A stretch of 32,000 nucleotides of DNA from Polyangia bacterium (GTDB taxonomy: Bacteria; Myxococcota_A; Polyangia; Haliangiales; JADYYK01): the NCBI GenBank assembly GCA_044229835.1, contig JBGASF010000085.1, forward strand, positions 273 to 32,272. Reading direction: 5' to 3'. Made by a program: the position numbers and the translations under genes. This document shows, in pieces, positions 26,183 through 32,000 of this stretch. Below the pieces are notes generated by a model. It made no database searches and was not told the origin of the DNA. It saw nothing but the letters and a program-made list of their open reading frames with translations. Position 1 is the first letter of the stretch. The number at the start of each line of letters is the position of its first letter.

Positions 26183-28158
26183 GCGCGCCCGACACCGGGG
26201 CGATCTCGCCCGATGAGCTGCTGGGTGCGCCCGGGTTCGTGCTGGCGGTGGACGACCAGGAGATGAACCTCGAGCTGGTCGACGCCATCCTGGGCATGGA
26301 GGGCTTCGAGGTCGAGACCGTGAGCTCGGGCGCCGCGGCGCTGGCGGCGGTGGCGCGCCGGCAGCCCGACTGCATCGTGCTCGACGTCATGATGCCGGGC
26401 ATGAACGGCTTCGAGGTCGCGCGCCGCCTCAAGGCCGATCGGCACACGCGCTGGATCCCGATCGTGATGCTGACCGCGCTCAGCGAGGTCGAGGCCAAGG
26501 TGCAGGGGCTGGAGGTTGGCGCCGACGACTTCCTCAACAAGCCGGTGGATCGGCTGGAGCTCATCGCGCGGGTGCGCTCGCTGGTCAAGATCCGCCGCCT
26601 GCGCGCGGAGCTCGAGACCTCCGAGGACATCATCTTCTCGATGGCGCGCGCGCTGGAGAGCAAGAGCCCGGTGATGGCGGGCCACAGTGAGCGCGTCGCC
26701 GCCGGGGCGCTGCGCCTGGCCACCGCGCTGGGGCTGCCGGTCAGCGCCATCGACACCATCGGCAAGGCGGCCTGCCTGCACGACCTCGGGCAGATCGGCG
26801 TGCCCGAGCGGGTGCTGGAGGCAGCGCGCCCGCTCAGCGGCGACGACCTGACGGCGTTCCGCCCGCACGCCGAGATCGGCGCGCGCATCCTGGCCCCGCT
26901 GGAGGGCTTCGCCGGGGTGCGCGAGATCATCCGTCACCACCACGAGCGCCGCGATGGCTCGGGCTATCCCGAGGGGCTGCGCGGCGAGGCGGTGCCGGTG
27001 GGCGCCGAGATCGTCGGGCTGGTCGACTGCTACGTCGATCTGTCGGCGCGCCAGGGCCGCGCCGCGGCCGAGGCCGCGGTGCGCGAGATGGCCGGGCGCG
27101 AGTTCGGGCGCGCGCTGGTGATGAAGCTGCTCGAGCTGCCGGCGGTGCTGGCCGGAGAGCTGCCCGCGGGCGGCTGGGAGTCGCTGCTGCCGGTGGTGGC
27201 GCCGTCCCGACCCGGGCGCATCGTGGTGGCCGACGATTCCCCCAGCAACCGTGAGCTCCTGATGGAGGTGCTGACCTCGGCCGGGCACCAGGTCGTCCTG
27301 GTCAACAGCGGTGTGGCCGCGCGGCAGGCCATCGAGCGCGAGCTGCCCGATCTGGTGGTCACCGACGTGCGCATGCCGGGCCTCGACGGCTTCGAGCTGT
27401 GCCAGACGCTGAAGGCGCACCCGCGCACCGAGCTTCTGCCCGTCATCCTGGTCACCGCGGAGAAGGGCGTCGACGATCGCAAGCGCGGGGTCGCGGTCGG
27501 CGCCGACGACTTCTTGCTGGTGCCCATCAACCACCAGGAGCTGGTGGCGCGCGTGCGCTCGCTGCTCAGGCTGCACCACCTGGCGCTCGATCTCGAGCAT
27601 CACCAGGCCGTCATCCTGTCGCTGGCCAACGCCATGGAGGCCAAGGATCCCTACACCCACGGCCACTCCGAGCGCGTCGGCGCCTTCGCGGAGTCGCTGG
27701 GCCGCCAGCTGGCCTTGCCCGAGGACACCTGCCAGCTGCTGCGCGTCGCGGGCTACCTGCACGACATCGGCAAGATCGGCATCCCGGAGCGGCTGCTGTG
27801 CAAGCCGGGCAAGCTGACCGCCGACGAGTTCCAGACCATTGTCAGCCACCCCTCGATGGGCGAGGTGATCTGTCGCCCGCTGCGCACGGTGCGGCGCGTG
27901 CTGCCGCTCATCAAGCACCACCACGAGCGCTTCGACGGCAACGGCTATCCCGACCACCTGGCCGGCGAGGCCATCCCGCTGGGGGCGCGGGTGCTGGCGC
28001 TGGCCGACGCCTATGACGCGCTGACCTCGGAGCGCAGCTACCGCAAGGCGCTGCCCCAGGCGGAGGCGCTGTCGATCCTGGCGCGGGAGACCGCGGACGG
28101 GAAGTGGGATCCGAAGATCTATGCGGCGCTGCGGGTGATGCTGGCGCGGACGGGGTAG
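26179..28158 (+). CDS. REC - HD-GYP - REC - HD-GYP four-domain protein (putative c-di-GMP phosphodiesterase response regulator, internally duplicated)
   Basis: REC1: VLAVDDQEMNLEL...IVLDVMMPGMNG...VMLTAL...FLNKP. HD-GYP1: GHSERV...LHDLGQIGVP...HHHERRDGSGYPEGL. REC2: IVVADDSPSNREL...VVTDVRMPGLDG...ILVTAE...FLLVP. HD-GYP2: HGHSERV...LHDIGKIGIP...HHHERFDGNGYPDHL...LADAYDALTSERSYR. The GTG overlaps the upstream stop (GTGA). Confidence 0.88.
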   Translation: MSAPDTGAISPDELLGAPGFVLAVDDQEMNLELVDAILGMEGFEVETVSSGAAALAAVARRQPDCIVLDVMMPGMNGFEVARRLKADRHTRWIPIVMLTALSEVEAKVQGLEVGADDFLNKPVDRLELIARVRSLVKIRRLRAELETSEDIIFSMARALESKSPVMAGHSERVAAGALRLATALGLPVSAIDTIGKAACLHDLGQIGVPERVLEAARPLSGDDLTAFRPHAEIGARILAPLEGFAGVREIIRHHHERRDGSGYPEGLRGEAVPVGAEIVGLVDCYVDLSARQGRAAAEAAVREMAGREFGRALVMKLLELPAVLAGELPAGGWESLLPVVAPSRPGRIVVADDSPSNRELLMEVLTSAGHQVVLVNSGVAARQAIERELPDLVVTDVRMPGLDGFELCQTLKAHPRTELLPVILVTAEKGVDDRKRGVAVGADDFLLVPINHQELVARVRSLLRLHHLALDLEHHQAVILSLANAMEAKDPYTHGHSERVGAFAESLGRQLALPEDTCQLLRVAGYLHDIGKIGIPERLLCKPGKLTADEFQTIVSHPSMGEVICRPLRTVRRVLPLIKHHHERFDGNGYPDHLAGEAIPLGARVLALADAYDALTSERSYRKALPQAEALSILARETADGKWDPKIYAALRVMLARTG

Positions 28159-28170
28159 GGCGAAAGGAAG

Positions 28171-28212
28171 GGAAGCGGAGTCGGAGCCGGAGTCGGAACC
28201 GGAGTCGGACAG
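28171..28212. repeat. imperfect hexanucleotide microsatellite (GGARYC) x 7, 3' of the HD-GYP gene stop
   Basis: ggaagc ggagtc ggagcc ggagtc ggaacc ggagtc ggacag. It begins 13 nt after the TAG at 28156-28158 and ends with the same GGACAG unit as the accA-proximal repeat. Confidence 0.9.
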
Positions 28213-28242
28213 TACCTCTAGCCCTTCGGGCTAGAGGTACTG
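28211..28242. terminator. perfect 14-bp stem / TTCG tetraloop hairpin between convergent genes (bidirectional terminator candidate)
   Basis: AGTACCTCTAGCCC-TTCG-GGGCTAGAGGTACT. The right arm contains the last codons and the stop (cta at 28231-28233) of the minus-strand gene. Confidence 0.6.
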
Positions 28243-28953
28243 CTGCTCCTTCTCGCAGTACCAGCGGTTGTGCTCGGCGACCCAGCGCAGCGGCGCGCCG
28301 CAGCGGGTGCACGGGGTGACCTGGGCGGGAGCCTGCGGGGCCATGCCCATGGGCTGCTGCATGCCGGGCATGCCCATCGGGGGCTGCTGGGGCATGCCGG
28401 GGAAGCCGCCGCCGGCCGCCACCGGGGCGCCGCCCGCCTTGGCGGCCATGCCGTCGGGCGACTCCTCCCACTGCTTCATCATCAGGCCGCCCGCGATCCC
28501 CGCCGCGCCGGCCAGCAGGGCCAGGGGGAAGCCGAAGCTGACCCCGATCTTGCCGCCGTCGCCGGGGACGCTGGCGAAGAAGATGATCGACAGGAGCAGG
28601 TACGAGCTGCCCATGCCGATGGCGTTCTTCGACAGCGCCAGCGGGCCCGACCCGATGACCTTGCGCATGCCGACCGCGGCCGCGGCGCCGCCACAGATCA
28701 GGCCGCCGATGGCGCCGAACACCATGACGAAGGTGCCCATGGTGGCCCAGGTGCTGCCGCTGCCCCGGCGCGCCGCCTTGTCGAGCGACATGCTCTCGCA
28801 CTCGCCTCCGCGGCACATCTCGATGCCGGTGGGACCGACCGAGATGCTGCGACGCCCCTCACCAGCCGACCACCAGGTCTTGGTGAACGCCGTGATGAAC
28901 ATGAAGAGTGCCGCACCCGCCAGCAGTCCAAGAGCCAGTTTGCGCTTGTCCAA
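28231..28953 (-). CDS. integral membrane protein with a Pro/Met/Gly/Gln-rich linker and a C-terminal zinc-ribbon-like motif
   Basis: The TTG start is preceded by GGAGG at 5-nt spacing. There are about 4 hydrophobic segments. The linker reads GGFPGMPQQPPMGMPGMQQPMGMAPQ. The tail reads CTRCGAPLRWVAEHNRWYCEKEQQYL. Confidence 0.7.
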   Translation of the reverse strand: MDKRKLALGLLAGAALFMFITAFTKTWWSAGEGRRSISVGPTGIEMCRGGECESMSLDKAARRGSGSTWATMGTFVMVFGAIGGLICGGAAAAVGMRKVIGSGPLALSKNAIGMGSSYLLLSIIFFASVPGDGGKIGVSFGFPLALLAGAAGIAGGLMMKQWEESPDGMAAKAGGAPVAAGGGFPGMPQQPPMGMPGMQQPMGMAPQAPAQVTPCTRCGAPLRWVAEHNRWYCEKEQQYL

Positions 28954-29045
28954 GTCCCCCTCCAGGTCGAAAAGTGTGGCGGCATGCTACCAGAATCCGG
29001 CGCCCGCGGTGGAAACCTCTGACCACGCGTGATACGCAGGCCGTC

Positions 29046-30281
29046 ATGAACCGGGATGGGCACCGGGATGGGCAGCACGGCGGCTTGCGGCTCGGCTTCA
29101 TCAGCGGGCGCATGTGCTCGCGTGGCACCGGCGCGGACGCCGGCAAGCTGTATTGCCACCCGGGTCTGGGCCGCCTGGTCGACGCCCTGCGCGGCCGGGT
29201 CGGCCAGCTGACCGTGGCCATGAGCCTGGCCCCTGAACGTCCGACCGTGCACGACCATCAAGTCGACATGGCCGAGGCCGACTTCGTGGCGCTACCCCAC
29301 CTGCCCAGCACAATCGCGGGATTACGCCAGGATCTGCCGTGCCGGCGGGTGTTCGCCGAGGTCGAGCGGCGCTCCGACGCGGTCATCGTCCAGCTGCCGT
29401 TCTCGCCGCCCAGCGCGCTGGCGCCGGCGCACCGGCCGCGGGTCTATCACGTCTGCGCCGACGTCCCCAGCGTGGTGCGGGCCTCGCCCTACTACCAGGG
29501 GCTGCGGCGCCTGGTCGCGGTGGGCGCCGCCGATGCCATCCACCTGTGGACGCGGGCCCTGGTGCACCGGCAGCGCTGTCGCGTGGTCACCAATGGCGGC
29601 GCGCTGATGGAGCGGCTGGGGCGACCGGCGGGCAGCGTCGGGGTCAGCTCGTCGCTGCTTGCCGCCGAGGTCGGCTCGGTGGCCCGGGCGCGCCCGGCGG
29701 GGGCGCCGTTCCGGGTGCTGTTCGTCGGCTACCTGCGCCCCGAGAAGGGCCTCGACGTGCTGATGGCGGCCTATGCGCGGCTGTGTGACGACCTGCCCGG
29801 CAGCGAGCTGGTGATCGTCGGTCAGCAGGATCTCGACGAGGGCGGCGCGGCGCGCGAGTTCGCGGCCGCGGTGGCGGCGCTGGGGGCGCGCGGGCGGGTC
29901 ACCCTGCGCGGCCACCTGCCGTTCGGGCCGGCGCTGTTCCGCGAGTTCGCCGACGCCGACGTGCTGGCGGTGCCCAGCCGCAGCGAGGGCACCCCGCGCG
30001 TGCTGGTGGAGGCGCGCGCGTTCGGCTGCCCGGTGGTGGGGACCCGCGTCGGCGGCATCCCGACCTCGGTGCGCGACGGCGAGGATGGCCTGCTGGTGCC
30101 GCCCGATGACGCCGGGGCGCTGCACGCCGCGCTGCTGCGCATCGCGCGCGAGCCCGCGCTGACGGCGCGGCTGGTCGAGCACGGCTATGCGGCGGCGCGC
30201 CGGGCCACCGTCGATGCGTTTGCGCTGCAATTGCTCGCCGAGGTGGATACTCTGCTCGGCCACGCCAGGGAGGCCAGCTGA
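29046..30281 (+). CDS. glycosyltransferase family 4 (GT-B fold)
   Basis: C-terminal GT4 signature region: FRVLFVGYLRPEKGLDVLM...LVIVG....GRVTLRGHLP...LFREFADADVLAVPSRSEGTPRVLVEARAFGCPVVGTRVGGIPTSVRDGEDGLLVPPDD. The ATG at 29046 was chosen inside ORF 28908..30281. Confidence 0.82.
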   Translation: MNRDGHRDGQHGGLRLGFISGRMCSRGTGADAGKLYCHPGLGRLVDALRGRVGQLTVAMSLAPERPTVHDHQVDMAEADFVALPHLPSTIAGLRQDLPCRRVFAEVERRSDAVIVQLPFSPPSALAPAHRPRVYHVCADVPSVVRASPYYQGLRRLVAVGAADAIHLWTRALVHRQRCRVVTNGGALMERLGRPAGSVGVSSSLLAAEVGSVARARPAGAPFRVLFVGYLRPEKGLDVLMAAYARLCDDLPGSELVIVGQQDLDEGGAAREFAAAVAALGARGRVTLRGHLPFGPALFREFADADVLAVPSRSEGTPRVLVEARAFGCPVVGTRVGGIPTSVRDGEDGLLVPPDDAGALHAALLRIAREPALTARLVEHGYAAARRATVDAFALQLLAEVDTLLGHAREAS

Positions 30282-30883
30282 TGGGCAGCAAGGACGCGAC
30301 CGAGATCGTCGAACAGAGTCGGCTCAAGCGCGCGCTGGCGTATGCCTGGTTCGAGGGCGTGATGTGGGCGACCGCGCCGCTGCCCGACTTCCGCGCGGTG
30401 CAGCGGCTGCGCGGGCGGCTGCTGGCGCCATGCTTCAAGAAGTGCGGCAAGAACGTGATGATCGCCAAGGACGTCAGCGCGTCGTACACCACCAGCATCG
30501 AGCTCGGCGACGACGTCTGGATCGCGCGCGGCTCGTGGCTGATGGGCTATGGCGGGATCCGGCTCGACGACGAGGCCATGCTGGGGCCGTACACCGTGCT
30601 GGCGGGCGCGCTGCACAGCAAGCACGAGGGCTCGTACCGGCACGGCACGCCCAAGGGGGCGCCCATCGTGATCGGGCGCGGGGCCTGGACCGGGGCGCAC
30701 TCGGTGGTGATCGCGGGGGTCACGGTCGGCGAGGGCGCCGCGGTTTCGGCGGGCTGCATGGTGACGGTGGATGTCCCGGCGCAGGCCATGATCACGGGCG
30801 TGCCGGGGCGGGTGGTCAAGCCGGCCGCGACCGAGCCAGGGAAGGACAAGGGCGACAAGGGTGAGGAGGCGCGGGCGAAGTGA
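30281..30883 (+). CDS. left-handed beta-helix (hexapeptide-repeat) O-acyl/acetyltransferase
   Basis: Hexapeptide-type repeats: IELGDDVWIARGSWL, IRLDDEAMLGPYTVL. Then PIVIGRGAWTGAHSVVIAGVTVGEGAAVSAGCMVTVDVP, as in the WcaF/Maa-like acetyltransferases. GGGAGG RBS. The ATG overlaps the upstream TGA. Confidence 0.82.
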   Translation: MGSKDATEIVEQSRLKRALAYAWFEGVMWATAPLPDFRAVQRLRGRLLAPCFKKCGKNVMIAKDVSASYTTSIELGDDVWIARGSWLMGYGGIRLDDEAMLGPYTVLAGALHSKHEGSYRHGTPKGAPIVIGRGAWTGAHSVVIAGVTVGEGAAVSAGCMVTVDVPAQAMITGVPGRVVKPAATEPGKDKGDKGEEARAK

Positions 30884-32000
30884 GCGCTGGCGTCCCCGCC
30901 GCGGTCGAGGTCGAGGCCATCCTTCGCGAGGCCGGGGTCGGGGCCGAGGGCCCGACCGGGGTGCTCAAGGCGGCGCGCCGGCTGGCGCCGCTGATCAGCG
31001 CGCAGCCGCGGGTGGCGCTGCTGGCGTCGTTCGCGGGCCAGCTGCTGGAGCCGTACTTCGTGGTCGAGGCGGCGCGCGCCGGGCTGCCGCTGCGCATGTG
31101 GGCGGCGCCGTTCGGCCAGTTCGAGCAGCTGGTGCTCGACACCGGGTCGGCGCTGTGGGCCTCGGCGCCCGACGTGCTGGTGGTGGTGCTGCGCCTGGGC
31201 GAGGTCGACCGGCGGCTGGTCGACGAGGCGCCCGAGCTGGGGCCGGCGGGGGTCAGCGCGCGGCTGGCGGTGCTGCGCGGCCGGCTGGTCGGGCTGGCGC
31301 GCGAGCTCAGGGCGCGCTCGGCGGCGCCGGTGCTGGTGGCCAACCTGGCGCTGGAGGGGCCGGTGGCGCTGTTCGACGCCAGCGACCCGGACGGCTTCGC
31401 GCACCTGCTCGCCGAGCACAACCAGCTGCTGGCGCGCGAGCTCCGCGAGGTCGCCGACGCCCACGTGTTCGACTATGCCGGCACGGTGGCCGAGGTCGGC
31501 GCGCTGCGCTTCGCCGACGCCAAGCTGTGGGCGATGGCGCGCGCGGTGGGCAGCACCGAGGCGCACGTGGCGATGGCGCGGCGGCTGGCCAGCTCGGCGC
31601 GCGCGCTGCTGCGGCCCGCCCACAAGTGCATCGTGGTCGATCTGGATCACACCCTGTGGGGCGGAGTGCTGGGCGACGATGGGCCGGCGGGGCTGAAGCT
31701 GGGCGACGACGGCGTGGGCGCGCTGTACAAGGACCTGCAGGCGGCGCTGCTGGGCTACCGGCGTCGCGGCATGCTGCTGGCGGTGGCCAGCAAGAACGAC
31801 GACGCGGTCGCGCGCGAGGCGCTGGCGACGCACCCCGAGATGCTGCTGCGCCCGGGCGACTTCGCCGCCATGGCGATCGGGTGGGGGCCCAAGTCGGACG
31901 GCCTCAGGGCCATCGCGAAGGCGCTCAACATCGGCGTCGATGCGCTGGTGTTCGTCGACGACAGCCCGGTCGAGCGCGCCGAGGTGCGCGCCGCGCTGCC
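30880..32000 (+). CDS. FkbH-like HAD-superfamily (subfamily IIIC) protein, 3'-truncated by the window end
   Basis: My own translation from the GTG at 30880 (which overlaps the upstream TGA) stays open to position 32000. It contains KCIVVDLDHTLWGGVLGDDGPAGLKLGDDGVGALYKDLQAALLGYRRRGMLLAVASKNDD...WGPKSDGLRAIAKALNIGVDALVFVDDSPVERAEV. This is the FkbH/HAD-IIIC signature (DxDxT ... SKN ... K ... DD). Confidence 0.8.
   Translation, partial: MSAGVPAAVEVEAILREAGVGAEGPTGVLKAARRLAPLISAQPRVALLASFAGQLLEPYFVVEAARAGLPLRMWAAPFGQFEQLVLDTGSALWASAPDVLVVVLRLGEVDRRLVDEAPELGPAGVSARLAVLRGRLVGLARELRARSAAPVLVANLALEGPVALFDASDPDGFAHLLAEHNQLLARELREVADAHVFDYAGTVAEVGALRFADAKLWAMARAVGSTEAHVAMARRLASSARALLRPAHKCIVVDLDHTLWGGVLGDDGPAGLKLGDDGVGALYKDLQAALLGYRRRGMLLAVASKNDDAVAREALATHPEMLLRPGDFAAMAIGWGPKSDGLRAIAKALNIGVDALVFVDDSPVERAEVRAAL

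Overview
The window is very GC-rich, roughly 70% or more by eye, with third codon positions almost always G/C. It is gene-dense chromosomal DNA. The content looks myxobacterial (Polyangia-like): two Ser/Thr kinases, an ECF sigma factor, many lipoproteins and low-complexity linkers. That taxonomic call is inference only.

Gene order, left to right:
- A possible mutL 3' end, then miaA and accA.
- A large rhomboid protease.
- A long two-domain ThyX-like thymidylate synthase.
- A secreted LAS-type (extensin-like C-terminal domain) peptidase, translationally coupled to a beta-rich secreted protein.
- A small class III cyclase-like protein.
- An MBL-fold hydrolase plus a membrane protein.
- An isolated, internally duplicated phage-tail-tube-like protein.
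- A TlpA-like thiol-disulfide lipoprotein, a His-rich polytopic membrane protein and a tiny His-rich lipoprotein.
- A tRNA-Sec (selC).
- An alkaline-phosphatase-superfamily lipoprotein plus an OMP-like protein.
- tatD.
- A hypothetical protein plus a PTH2-like protein, and a Spy/CpxP-like protein.
- A ClC channel with CBS domains.
- A PaaI thioesterase - ECF sigma - MarR gene string.
- Two convergent Ser/Thr kinases, one with a TolB-like beta-propeller and one with an OmpA-like domain.
- A receiver protein plus a REC-HDGYP-REC-HDGYP protein.
- A membrane protein with a zinc-ribbon-like tail.
- A GT4 glycosyltransferase, an acetyltransferase and an FkbH-like gene, the last running off the window end.

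I saw no CRISPR array, transposase, integrase or rRNA.

The most unusual items:
- The orphan tandem tail-tube-like gene.
- The stand-alone selC.
- A thrice-repeated intergenic element made of a hexanucleotide microsatellite, an ACAG junction and a hairpin.
- A perfect 22-bp AT-rich palindrome abutting the ClC start codon.
- The paired envelope-sensing kinases next to the duplicated HD-GYP effector.

All functional calls rest on motifs read by eye from the translations. No database search was possible.
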